Part shown: positions 17,695-26,646 of the stretch, one piece after another
How the letters are laid out: the number at the start of each line of letters is the position of its first letter
Numbering within the stretch: the first letter of the stretch is position 1
NCBI GenBank assembly: GCA_016193335.1
Contig: JACPSK010000001.1
Span: forward strand, 519,738 to 583,737
From: Candidatus Magasanikiibacteriota bacterium
GTDB taxonomy: Bacteria; Patescibacteriota; Patescibacteriia; Magasanikbacterales; UBA922
Direction of reading: 5' to 3'
DNA: 64,000 nt
Notes under the pieces: model-generated
Told to the model about the DNA's origin: nothing
The model's database searches: none
Seen by the model: only the letters and a program-made list of their open reading frames with translations
Position numbers and translations under genes: made by a program

Positions 17695-18349
17695 ACTTGG
17701 CAGCATACTCGATCCGCATCATGACAAAACCCAGTACCTGGCAAAAACCGGCTGCCTGATCGCGGATGCCGCCATCGCGGTGGCTGTATTGGGCAGCTAT
17801 TGGTACCTGGTGGGGGCCGTCATCTTGAAATACGCGGTAAATGAGCGCGATGAGACCGTTATGTTTCACCGCCTCTGGGCCAAAAGCCTGGTCCCAAACG
17901 CGAACTTGGCCGCGGGGTCTTCGGGCAAGATCAGAACCGTGCTCTGCTTTGTGGGCATGCCACTCATGCACTTGTGCGTCCTCCCCTTCGATCTGCTCTC
18001 GGTGTATCTCGGGATCTCGTGTCTGCTCACAAGCATGACCCTCCTCTCACTGAGGATCTACGTGCGGAATTACCGCAATCTGATCCTGAAAGAACGAGGA
18101 CAGCTGAATTGAAGAAGGAATTGGAAAACTCTCGCCTCGCTTGCTTTGCAATTTATCCAGACCGGAAAAATTCATGTAAAAACTTACATTAAAGTACGAT
18201 ACAAAATATCCCGGCCGGCCAGAAAATTAACATTTCCATTCATGAATGCAAAGCAGGAGATCTGGCGAGAGCAAAAAAATCCCGATATGCTCGGGATTTT
18301 TAATTTACAATTCTTGTTTAATTGGAGTTTGTATCAACCAAATCAAATG

Positions 18350-18994
18350 CTAAACAAATAACACATACAGCAAAGGAACCACAGTGATCCCGAGGAACAC
18401 ATACAAAGAAATCATTATAGTTTTTCTCAACCCATGCAAAAAATGTTCATAACTGTGCTTGTGGTGACGCATAAATAAATCTGTCATAAGCAAACAAAAG
18501 CCAACAAATACATACCACAAAATAAGTCGCGGCGGTTCGAAAGGCCACAATTCGTAGCCTCCATAAGACAAAAGAAACATAAGAGGAGCAGAAAGCATGG
18601 CGGCCCACAGTCCGCTCAAAACCATTTTCATCTTGTCCAGTTTGAGCCAAAATAACATAAGAAGGAAAACATTTATAATAATATGATACAGCCAAGCCAA
18701 GCCCAGAAGCTCCGAAGAGCCGCCCACAAGACTCAAATCTCCTGACAATACCTCTATGGCCAAAAAACTGGTGCCTATGTAAACCGTATAAAACAAAATC
18801 CAGGAAAAGAAAAAAGATGAAACATAGGGGGACCATGCTTTTGAAGGCAAAAACAAAGCCGTACCATATCCTATGGCTCCAAGCATACACATGCTTACAT
18901 GAGCATCAGTGGTAGCAACCAAGATGCCAAAAGCAAGCAGAGAGAGAAAAGCGCCCGCCGATTTTCGCGCCGCGTCTTTGAATGTAACTGGCAT
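18350..18994 (-). CDS. Hypothetical polytopic membrane protein
   Basis: 214 aa with ~6 TM helices. No recognisable motif. Confidence 0.45.
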   Translation of the reverse strand: MPVTFKDAARKSAGAFLSLLAFGILVATTDAHVSMCMLGAIGYGTALFLPSKAWSPYVSSFFFSWILFYTVYIGTSFLAIEVLSGDLSLVGGSSELLGLAWLYHIIINVFLLMLFWLKLDKMKMVLSGLWAAMLSAPLMFLLSYGGYELWPFEPPRLILWYVFVGFCLLMTDLFMRHHKHSYEHFLHGLRKTIMISLYVFLGITVVPLLYVLFV

Positions 18995-19265
18995 ATAGAA
19001 CCTTTGTTAAAGAGATAAATGTCTTTTTTCATTTTTTCTCAAAATCCAAAGGGAAAAATCTGCTTCAATTTCCCTTTCTTTCCAGCTTTTTCTTTTACTC
19101 TGCTATGTACGCGTTGGCTCCTTCCAAAGCGATCTCAACGCTCAATACTATTCACTAATATAAATGTATCCATGCTTAATCAAAAGTATAGCAGAAATAT
19201 CAAATCCATAAAAGAACAAACACTGGCTATGCGGCCATTTTTCTGTTAAAATTAGCATTCCTTCT

Positions 19266-20363
19266 ATGATCAAAAAAATACTCATCATCTCAGCCAAGGC
19301 CGGAGCAGGACATATCCGAGCGGCAGAGGCTCTCACAAAAACCGCGCTACTCCAATTCCCGGAATTGGAAGTTAAACATATTGAGTTTACTGACTTTATA
19401 CCCTCAGTTTTAAAAACAGTCTTTTTTGATTCTTACGGCCCTTTGGTGTGCAAAGCTCCTATAATCTGGGATTTTTTATTCAAAAAAACAAACACAGAGC
19501 TTGGCAGTGCAACAATTCTGAAATTAATCTCATTCTTACAAAAAACAAGGGGCAGTTCTTTCGTAAAAGCAGTTCTTGATTTTAATCCTGATCTTATCCT
19601 TCACACCCATTTTGTAAGCCCATACATAAGCTCAGAGTCCAAACAACTCGCTCACATACCAAACGCGATTGTGATAACAGACTATGGCGTTCATAAACTC
19701 TGGGTCGGCTTGCCTCAGGCAGACTACTTTATGCCTCACCAAGATATGATAAGAGAACTGAATCTGCAAAGAATTCCCCTATCACGCATCCATGTCACCG
19801 GCATGTCCATAGATCCGGTATTTTATAAACATAAAGAATCCGGACAACTCAAACAAAAATATGGCTTTGAACTTGGGAAACCCTTAATTCTCGTACTAGC
19901 CGGCGGACAGGGTTTAAGCGACACGACAAAGCCAGTCAAAGCCATAAGCTCTATCCAAACGCCCTTTACTTTGGTCGCCATAGCCGGCAAAAACAAAACA
20001 TTGGAAAAAAAACTTAAAAATCTAAAACTCCCAAAACAAATCAATTACAGAACCACGGGATGGACAGACACAATAGACGAATATATCCGTATGGCAGACT
20101 GCGTGGTCGGTAAACCCGGAGGCATGACCACGAGCGAATGCATGGCTCTTGGCAAGCCGATTATTGCCATTAATGCTGTCCCCGGCCAGGAAGAATTAAA
20201 TGCAGACTTCATAATAAAACACAGACTCGGACTGATCGCTAAAAGTATGTCAGAACTTCCCGGCTTGGTGCTTGATGTCATACAAAAAAAACAGGCTTTT
20301 AAACCTATTTGTTACCCTCGTAGCGCCGAGGAAATTTTGAAAATTTGTGTTTCTAAAATGTAA
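19266..20363 (+). CDS. GT28-family glycosyltransferase, monoglycosyldiacylglycerol (MGDG) synthase / MurG-like
   Basis: N-terminal GAGH phosphate-binding motif (SAKAGAGHIRAAEAL) and the C-terminal GT28 nucleotide-sugar motif (VVGKPGGMTTSECMALGKPII). Confidence 0.7.
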   Translation: MIKKILIISAKAGAGHIRAAEALTKTALLQFPELEVKHIEFTDFIPSVLKTVFFDSYGPLVCKAPIIWDFLFKKTNTELGSATILKLISFLQKTRGSSFVKAVLDFNPDLILHTHFVSPYISSESKQLAHIPNAIVITDYGVHKLWVGLPQADYFMPHQDMIRELNLQRIPLSRIHVTGMSIDPVFYKHKESGQLKQKYGFELGKPLILVLAGGQGLSDTTKPVKAISSIQTPFTLVAIAGKNKTLEKKLKNLKLPKQINYRTTGWTDTIDEYIRMADCVVGKPGGMTTSECMALGKPIIAINAVPGQEELNADFIIKHRLGLIAKSMSELPGLVLDVIQKKQAFKPICYPRSAEEILKICVSKM

Positions 20364-20394
20364 GAGATGGAGACAGGGCACGAAAAATTTATAA

Positions 20395-20600
20395 GCACCC
20401 CTTACATCCCCTCCTTGAAAAGGAGGGGAGAATGACAGCGGAGTCTCTCCCCCTTTACTAAAAGGAGAACTCCCCGCACCGGTCTCTCCCCCTTTACTAA
20501 GGGGGAGATGTAAGAGGGGGTTTGGACATATCAGAGAATACAGTGCAAAGGGGTCTCCTCTCCTTGTGGAGGAGGAGATCTAAGGGGTGGCGCGTGAGGA
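20395..20600. repeat. Copy R3 of the composite palindromic repeat family
   Basis: CCCCTTACATCCCCTCCTT-gaaa-AGGAGGGG followed by two TCTCCCCCTTTACTAAGGGGGAGA hairpins and GATGTAAGAGGGGG. Confidence 0.6.
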
Positions 20601-20629
20601 AGGCGCTTGTAAAAGAAGTCGGGGGTAAT

Positions 20630-21205
20630 CTACTGATTATACAACTTAAACTGATCCGGAATGGCATCCCCTTCCAAAGGATCACCATAGCCTTTGAGCG
20701 GATCCTGCCCCTTGTAATACCCGGAATTAAGCACTCCCCATTGAAAATAAGATACGTCATCGTCCTCATTGGCAAATAAGACAAGATCCACTACAAAATA
20801 AGCAACGCTGTAAGACATAAGCATTACGGCCACTCCCAATACCCCATGGCTTATGATGCTGTTTGCTTTGTTTATTCTGTCTTCATTGCCCGCGGAGGTC
20901 ATATATAAATATCCTCCGTATACGGTGTAGATGATAAATAAAGTGCCAATAAAGGTTAAAAACATCTGCACTAAGCGGGCGGCAATAATAGGAGCAAGGC
21001 TTGGTTTTCCATATTGCGCCCCCTGTGTGCCGGCAAAGGCTCCTGTTTGTTTTCCTATTTCCTCTTGGAGAGGAGAAACAGCCGGCGGGTCTTCCGCGCC
21101 TGCAATGCCTGGAACAAAAAGTAGAGAATAGACAAAAAAACCCAGTATCGTAAGAATTAATTTATGTTTTAACGTTTGTGAAAAAACTTTTCGCATATTT
21201 ATCAT
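20630..21205 (-). CDS. TrbC/VirB2-like pilin paralog 1 (signal peptide, two TM helices, C-terminal extension)
   Basis: Core FIGTLFIIYTVYGGYLYMTSAGNEDRINKANSIISHGVLGVAVMLMSYSVAYFV matches the family consensus (TM1-YxGxxWMxxxG[NE]E[ED]-TM2). Confidence 0.6.
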   Translation of the reverse strand: MINMRKVFSQTLKHKLILTILGFFVYSLLFVPGIAGAEDPPAVSPLQEEIGKQTGAFAGTQGAQYGKPSLAPIIAARLVQMFLTFIGTLFIIYTVYGGYLYMTSAGNEDRINKANSIISHGVLGVAVMLMSYSVAYFVVDLVLFANEDDDVSYFQWGVLNSGYYKGQDPLKGYGDPLEGDAIPDQFKLYNQ

Positions 21206-21651
21206 TCTTGTTTCAAAGGCGCTTCAGTGGTATCTCCAAAGCCGGTCGCTTCTTTGACTTTTGAGGCCACAAGGTAAGCTATGCTATAAGCCGAAAGTAT
21301 AATGATAAGACCTATTACCGCGGCCTGTATGGTGCCGTAAGCTTTCTGAATTTTGTCTTCTTCTCCATGCGAAGTAACCAGGTTATAGCCGGCATTTACC
21401 ATTAAAACAATAAATATTATGCCATAGGCCTTTAGCATTACTTTTATTATATTTGCTATTACCACGCGCACATCCGGAGCTTCTTCATTTTGAGGTTTCA
21501 AACCGGCTTTCTCGGCTCCTGCGTTTAGCTGTTTGAGCGCCTGGCTCTTGAGTTCAGTCTCGGCGCTCGCGGTGCTGAATGGCGCGAAGTTTAAACCGAG
21601 CGCCATGATAACTACTGTGGTGAGGAAAAAAATATGTATTGATTTTTTCAT
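21202..21651 (-). CDS. TrbC/VirB2-like pilin paralog 2
   Basis: Signal peptide plus core VMLKAYGIIFIVLMVNAGYNLVTSHGEEDKIQKAYGTIQAAVIGLIIILSAYSIAYLV. Confidence 0.6.
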   Translation of the reverse strand: MKKSIHIFFLTTVVIMALGLNFAPFSTASAETELKSQALKQLNAGAEKAGLKPQNEEAPDVRVVIANIIKVMLKAYGIIFIVLMVNAGYNLVTSHGEEDKIQKAYGTIQAAVIGLIIILSAYSIAYLVASKVKEATGFGDTTEAPLKQE

Positions 21652-21702
21652 AAAAAAATACCCGGCCTTAACTTTATCGATTGGTTTTTCCTAATTTTGC
21701 TT

Positions 21703-22092
21703 TTAACCCCCGCTTGTCGCTCTTTCCAAAATGGCGTTTACCGCGAAATTTGAGAGCGTATACGCGCCCAAAGTCACGATAAGACCCATGATAGATCCTG
21801 TTATAATTTTTTTCGCTTTGTCTATTTGATCTTGTTCACCCCGAGCCGCCATCCACATATCTCCCGCATAAGCCAATAAAAACGTAAACATTATTCCCAC
21901 CAAAGAAAGAACGGCTTTTATCACTGTGCCCACCATTTCCGCAAAAGTGGTATCCGTGGTTTCTCCATAGCCTGCTTTCTTTCCGGCGTCTTTTACGATA
22001 TTGTTGCCAAGGTCTATGGCGGAAACCGAAGATACCAACACAGAAGACATTAAAAGAGGTGAAATAACGAGAAAAAATAAAATGCGTTTCAT
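21703..22092 (-). CDS. TrbC/VirB2-like pilin paralog 3
   Basis: Core LSLVGIMFTFLLAYAGDMWMAARGEQDQIDKAKKIITGSIMGLIVTLGAYTLSNF. Confidence 0.65.
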   Translation of the reverse strand: MKRILFFLVISPLLMSSVLVSSVSAIDLGNNIVKDAGKKAGYGETTDTTFAEMVGTVIKAVLSLVGIMFTFLLAYAGDMWMAARGEQDQIDKAKKIITGSIMGLIVTLGAYTLSNFAVNAILERATSGG

Positions 22093-22109
22093 ACGAAAAT
22101 AATTATTTT

Positions 22110-22490
22110 CTATCCTTGAAACTTACCGGTTACAAACACTGTTATCGCGTAAGCGGAAACCGTAATAAAAAGTCCGATTAATGAAGCTGTAATAATTTTC
22201 TGCGCTTTGCTTATTTGGTCTTCCTCGCCTCTTGCCGTCATCCATAGTATGCCGGCGTAGACCATAAGTATGAGAAAAATGAGTCCTACTAAACTCAGAA
22301 GGGCGTTTACTATAGTACCTACCACTATTCCCAGATTTTCTTCCTTTGTTCCTGCTTTGCCGGCCACCGTGTCCAAATTAGTTCCCGAAGCTCCGATTCC
22401 TATTTGGGCCGAGGCTGTTCCCGCTGACAGCAAGGCAAAGGCGGACATGACGAGCAGTAACATCGATAGAATGAATTTATTTTTTAGCAT
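22110..22490 (-). CDS. TrbC/VirB2-like pilin paralog 4
   Basis: Signal peptide plus core LSLVGLIFLILMVYAGILWMTARGEEDQISKAQKIITASLIGLFITVSAYAITVFV. Confidence 0.65.
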   Translation of the reverse strand: MLKNKFILSMLLLVMSAFALLSAGTASAQIGIGASGTNLDTVAGKAGTKEENLGIVVGTIVNALLSLVGLIFLILMVYAGILWMTARGEEDQISKAQKIITASLIGLFITVSAYAITVFVTGKFQG

Positions 22491-22584
22491 ATAGAGAAAA
22501 ATTCTTATGTTCTTTTTTCTTGGATTGGTTTTGTAGATTCATTAAATCCCTTCTTGCCTTTTCTTTTTCCTCTCAAAGGACATA

Positions 22585-22780
22585 CCCCCTATTCTCCACT
22601 CACAACCACCCCTTACACCCCCTCCTTAGTAAAGGAGGGGATCGCGGCTGCGGTGTCTCTCCCCCTTTACTAAGGGGGAGATGTAAGAGGGGGTTGTGGA
22701 ATGTATCCAAACAGTCTCATAACCACCCCTTACATCCCCTCCTTGGTAAAGGAGGGGATCGTGGATGCAATGTCCTTCTC
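22585..22780. repeat. Copy R4 of the composite palindromic repeat family (two tandem units, one carrying the inverted GGGGTGGTTATGAGACTG module)
   Basis: CCCCTTACACCCCCTCCTT-agtaa-AGGAGGGGATCGCGGCTGCGGTGTCTCTCCCCCTTTACTAAGGGGGAGATGTAAGAGGGGG...CAGTCTCATAACCACCCCTTACATCCCCTCCTTggtaaAGGAGGGGATCG. ORF 22520..23005(+) is a spurious translation. Confidence 0.6.
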
Positions 22781-22813
22781 CGAGATGAGAAGAAACGCCA
22801 TGAAGAGAAAACA

Positions 22814-23470
22814 CTACAAACTATCCCACTTTTCTTGACACTGTACACTGTTCAGCCCCTGGTAAAATTGCCAGCATCCGTCCGTTGGCCCCGGGCAAGC
22901 AAGTTCATCTCCATTGCCTTTCTTTTCTCCATGCAATTTACAATCTTCGAGCGTGGTTACGCGCCAGGCGATTTTGGAGGGAGACCATACGGAATAATCC
23001 CCTGAGCCTCCGGCGCTGTACCAGTCGAAACAACATCCGAGCGGCTGATCCCCGATTTGATCCGGCGTTAAAAAGGCCTTTCCTCCGCCCTCATTCGGGT
23101 TTCCTTGTATAACACGATTCGTTACAAAGCTTGTTACCGCATAAGCCGCCACCACTATTACCAGGCCTATGGTGGCGCGGATGATGGAATCTCTCGCGGT
23201 CTTTACGTTTTCTTCTTCTCCTCTTGCAGTCATCCAACGAATTCCGGCGTATACCATGATGATGAAAAAAATGATTCCCACCGCGATGGTCGCTGTTTTT
23301 ATGATATTACCCGTAACATTGGTTATTTGGCCTTCTGTGATGCCGGTTTTGCCAACTACGGTCGTAAGAGCGCCTTCAGCGTCTCCGATGGTTTTTTTGG
23401 CGTGGACTGAGTCTGAAACTTGCAACAAACAAAATGCCGAAAATAAAAGTACCCACAAAATTCTTATCAT
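22814..23470 (-). CDS. TrbC/VirB2-like pilin paralog 5 with Cys-rich C-terminal extension
   Basis: Core IAVGIIFFIIMVYAGIRWMTARGEEENVKTARDSIIRATIGLVIVVAAYAVTSFV, then a CCFDWY...CPGPTDGCWQF...CQEKWDSL tail. The likely start is MIRILWVLL. Confidence 0.65.
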   Translation of the reverse strand: MIRILWVLLFSAFCLLQVSDSVHAKKTIGDAEGALTTVVGKTGITEGQITNVTGNIIKTATIAVGIIFFIIMVYAGIRWMTARGEEENVKTARDSIIRATIGLVIVVAAYAVTSFVTNRVIQGNPNEGGGKAFLTPDQIGDQPLGCCFDWYSAGGSGDYSVWSPSKIAWRVTTLEDCKLHGEKKGNGDELACPGPTDGCWQFYQGLNSVQCQEKWDSL

Positions 23471-23474
23471 AAAA

Positions 23475-24347
23475 TCACTGCCAAAGACAAATATCTGCCT
23501 GTTGTTTGCATTCACTTTCAAGTTTTAAGTTAGGACATATTGATTTTGCTTCAACAGCTTTTTCTGAAACGCAATTCCCTCCGTCCCATTTGCAGTTCAA
23601 ATCTTTCACTTCCGCTGGCGCATATGGCAAAGATCCCATGTTATTGCAAGTTGGCTCGTCTTGTTTTGTAGCAGCTTTGTCTTCTTCTGTCATGTCCTTA
23701 GCAATATTTTTTTTCAATTCTTGCAAGAAATTATTACATACCCCATTTTCCTCGAAAAATGCTTTTGCCTTACAACTTCCACTCTGGCCTACACTTGCAT
23801 TACACTCAGACTCAGAAGCGAACGATACTGTACCGTTTGGACAACCGTCAGCACCGGGTTCTTTCTCTTTAACCTTAGAAAAGGTAATGCACTGTTCAGT
23901 TGCTTTATCAAAACAATAATCCGTATCTTTTGGCTTTCCACCTGACCCTGCTCCTCCCCCCCCTCCGGTATTTATCACCTGCCCGCCGCTCACGCTCTTG
24001 AGGACAAAATTGGTAATGGCGTAAGAAGCCAAGACAATAATGATGCCGATAACCGCGGCCACAATGGTATCCAAAGCCTTTTTGGCTTCTTCTTCTTTTC
24101 CTCGGGCTATCATCCAACGTATACCACCATAAATCATCAATCCAAAAAACAATACCGATATCATCGAGAGTCCGGTACCTACGATATTCCCGACAATGGT
24201 GGGCAAATCCGTGCCATATTGTTTGAGCCCGGCCGCTCCGGCCGTCTCTTCGAGTCCATATTGGCCGTACACCACCCCGGTGGAAAAAAATCCTGAAACC
24301 AAAACAACGCAGGCAGCGATACTTATGAGTAGAGTTTTTTGTTTCAT
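23475..24347 (-). CDS. TrbC/VirB2-like pilin paralog 6 with Gly-rich spacer and Cys-rich C-terminal domain
   Basis: Core LSMISVLFFGLMIYGGIRWMIARGKEEEAKKALDTIVAAVIGIIIVLASYAITNFV, then a GGGGGAGSGG spacer and >=12 Cys. The likely start is MKQKTLLIS. Confidence 0.65.
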   Translation of the reverse strand: MKQKTLLISIAACVVLVSGFFSTGVVYGQYGLEETAGAAGLKQYGTDLPTIVGNIVGTGLSMISVLFFGLMIYGGIRWMIARGKEEEAKKALDTIVAAVIGIIIVLASYAITNFVLKSVSGGQVINTGGGGGAGSGGKPKDTDYCFDKATEQCITFSKVKEKEPGADGCPNGTVSFASESECNASVGQSGSCKAKAFFEENGVCNNFLQELKKNIAKDMTEEDKAATKQDEPTCNNMGSLPYAPAEVKDLNCKWDGGNCVSEKAVEAKSICPNLKLESECKQQADICLWQ

Positions 24348-24454
24348 AGAAAAATGCGGAGAATTAGGAAACTTATGTGCGTCTTTTTTGAAAAAAGAGA
24401 AACGGACTATCTGTGGCAAAGATTTCTGGAGATAGTTTTATAGAGCATTCTCCG

Positions 24455-24700
24455 CGCCACCCCTTCACATCTTATCCTCCACAAGGAAGGGAGCACTGCA
24501 GCCGCGATCCCCTCCTTTTCAAGGAGGGGATGTAAGGGGTGGTTATGAGACTATTCGGACAAACTCCTCAACCCCCTCTTACATCTCCCCCTCTTACATC
24601 TCCCCCAAGGGGGAAAGACACCGCTATTATTCCTCCTCCTTGAATAAGGAGGGAATCATGAATGCGTTTGTCCCCTCCCGAAGAACGGGGTATTGGGGGT
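24455..24700. repeat. Copy R5 of the composite palindromic repeat family
   Basis: Contains CGCGATCCCCTCCTT-ttc-AAGGAGGGGATGTAAGGGGTGGTTATGAGACTATTCGGACA, TCTCCCCC repeats, and the related hairpin TTCCTCCTCCTTgaataAGGAGGGAAT. Confidence 0.6.
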
Positions 24701-24723
24701 AATAGTTACCCAAACTTATATAA

Positions 24724-25128
24724 TTAAGGAATTATCAGCACTTCCTGCGTAGTAGCCTCGTACAAATTCTTGAGGACAAAGGTACTTATCGCGTAAGCGC
24801 CCAAAATGATAATAAGGCCCGCGACCGAAGCAAACAAAATCTGCTGAGCTTTTTTTACATTATCTTCGTTTCCGCCCGCGGTCATCCATCTGAATCCCGC
24901 GTAAATGATAAGAACCGTGGCAAGTATGCCCAAAAGTCCCAAAGCCACGTTTATTATCCTTCCCGCCAATATGCGAGGATCTTCTTTCCCAAGTCCGGTA
25001 TATTCTCCGCAATCCAACCCGAGCGCGTCTTTTCCGCATTCATATTGGGCGGAAGCTTGGAGCGGAAGAACCCACACACTCACAAAAAAACTAACCGCGA
25101 AACTAAAGATAAGGGCAGATAATTTCAT
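24724..25128 (-). CDS. TrbC/VirB2-like pilin paralog 7 (short N-terminal Cys pair)
   Basis: Signal peptide, QYECGKDALGLDCGEY, then core LGLLGILATVLIIYAGFRWMTAGGNEDNVKKAQQILFASVAGLIIILGAYAISTFV. Confidence 0.65.
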   Translation of the reverse strand: MKLSALIFSFAVSFFVSVWVLPLQASAQYECGKDALGLDCGEYTGLGKEDPRILAGRIINVALGLLGILATVLIIYAGFRWMTAGGNEDNVKKAQQILFASVAGLIIILGAYAISTFVLKNLYEATTQEVLIIP

Positions 25129-25244
25129 ATTTTTATTTAATTAGCAACTAGCAACTCACAATCTGGTAATTTATTGTCAGTCGTCAATCGTTAATTGCGA
25201 AAAAGCACTCCGGGCAGAGTCTCCCCTGCCCGGTGCGCTTGTCA

Positions 25245-25775
25245 TTAGTCGATTTGTAACTCTGTGGGAATACCGGTGTTCGTGCCGGTTGTGGCAGACG
25301 CCAATTTGTTTAATACAAACAAAGCGATCGCCCAAGCCGACAAAATAATCGCCAAGCCGATAATTCCTGAGAAAATGAGCTTGCGAGCCTCAGCTACTTT
25401 GTCTTCATTGCCGCCTGCGGTCATCCATTTGAATCCGCCCACCAAGATGATAACTACAGCCACAATGCCGAGAAGACTCAAGGCTACGTTTATCAGTTTG
25501 GCTATGGTTGTGCGCAAATCTTGATTGCCCAAAGTGGTTTTCAGTTCGGTGTTCACTTTGCCGAGTCCGTATATGTCCGATCCTGTCGGAGCCGCGGCGC
25601 ATTTGCCTGTGGAAGCGCAAACAAGACCTGTTTTACAATCTGATGTCGCTGTACAATTAGCGCCTATATCTCCAGTACCGGCGAAAGCGGCCGGAGCCAA
25701 CATCAAAGCGAAAAACGCGGTCGCGATAATGGCCAAAGCCAATCTGTATCGTTCCAATTTTGCTGCTAAATACAT
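25245..25775 (-). CDS. TrbC/VirB2-like pilin paralog 8 (N-terminal Cys-rich knot)
   Basis: ANCTATSDCKTGLVCASTGKCAAAP, then core LSLLGIVAVVIILVGGFKWMTAGGNEDKVAEARKLIFSGIIGLAIILSAWAIALFV. Confidence 0.65.
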   Translation of the reverse strand: MYLAAKLERYRLALAIIATAFFALMLAPAAFAGTGDIGANCTATSDCKTGLVCASTGKCAAAPTGSDIYGLGKVNTELKTTLGNQDLRTTIAKLINVALSLLGIVAVVIILVGGFKWMTAGGNEDKVAEARKLIFSGIIGLAIILSAWAIALFVLNKLASATTGTNTGIPTELQID

Positions 25776-25842
25776 GTTATCACCTCCCTTCGGATTAGTG
25801 TGTGTATTACTAATTCAAGGTTAGTAATCATAGTAATTTTGG

Positions 25843-26625
25843 CTAGGGACAAGTCGCAGGGCAGGCTCCTTTTTGGACATCTGCACATTCCGGCCCTATC
25901 AATTTTTCAAATAAATCTTCCCCCGATTTCACCTCTATGGTTTCGCAGGTTTTGCCTGATCCGCAAATGAGGCCACAGAACTGCCCCAACAGTGGGTGCT
26001 TTTCCTGACAATCTGGAGCGCATTTGCCTTTCTCAGCAGATCCACATTCCAATGATTTTATCTTTTGATTTAACTCCTGTTCAGTTTCTACCTTTATGCT
26101 CAGACACGAATTTAAGCCCTGATTTTTTAGACAAGTCTGCAAGCAATAGTCTCCTGTCCCTGTAAAGACACTTGAATTTGATGGTGTTGCACTCCCACCA
26201 CCACTCACCGCACCAAGTCCCACAAGAACTAGATTGAGTATAGCATAGCCGCTGAAAATGATAAATACCCCGATGGCAGACCAGACCATAGTTTCAGTTC
26301 CTTTTTTCACTCGCTCCGCGTTGCCGGCAGACGTAAGCCAAAGAAATCCGCCAACGATAAACATAAGAAGAGCGGCCGAACCCATTATCGTGAGCCCCTG
26401 TTTTAGAATCTTGCCCAAAATTATGGGAACTCTCACTTCTCCCACCGGTTTTTCTGTTGTCCCTCCGAGAGGATTCACCAATCTGGTTACGGTTACATTT
26501 CCCGGCGGCACGGCGCTCACCGCGCCAAAAAAAAGAAAACAAAAACTTAAAGAGGCCAGTGATAAAAGGATATATTTTTTTATTTTTATGTTCAACATAT
26601 TGTTTTTAACATCATAACGCGGCAC
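25843..26625 (-). CDS. TrbC/VirB2-like pilin paralog 9 with Cys-rich C-terminal domain
   Basis: Core LTIMGSAALLMFIVGGFLWLTSAGNAERVKKGTETMVWSAIGVFIIFSGYAILNLV, then a >=14-Cys C-terminal region. Confidence 0.6.
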   Translation of the reverse strand: MPRYDVKNNMLNIKIKKYILLSLASLSFCFLFFGAVSAVPPGNVTVTRLVNPLGGTTEKPVGEVRVPIILGKILKQGLTIMGSAALLMFIVGGFLWLTSAGNAERVKKGTETMVWSAIGVFIIFSGYAILNLVLVGLGAVSGGGSATPSNSSVFTGTGDYCLQTCLKNQGLNSCLSIKVETEQELNQKIKSLECGSAEKGKCAPDCQEKHPLLGQFCGLICGSGKTCETIEVKSGEDLFEKLIGPECADVQKGACPATCP

Positions 26626-26646
26626 AATCGGAAATTTCCTTCTTTC

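Larger units (their letters stand above)
16261..18112 (+). pseudogene. CDP-alcohol phosphatidyltransferase (PgsA-like) gene split by an IS insertion
   Basis: The upstream fragment ends ...ICDALDGFIARKLGCVTELG. The downstream fragment resumes ...LGSILDPHHDKTQYL. Joined, they restore the CDP-OH_P_transf signature D-G-x2-A-R-x8-G-x3-D-x3-D exactly, and the junction coincides with the IS target-site duplication. Confidence 0.7.

Noticed and set aside
17387-17971. 194-aa ORF on the minus strand spanning the IS right end and the downstream pgsA fragment
   Set aside because: It crosses the IS boundary and lies antisense to two clearly supported plus-strand coding regions. No motif supports it.
15055-24700. 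CRISPR array hypothesis for the repeated GGGGAT/CCCCTCC-containing elements
   Set aside because: The copies are kilobases apart in separate intergenic gaps and occur in both orientations. They have internal hairpin structure and no short unique spacers at regular intervals. No cas genes are nearby.
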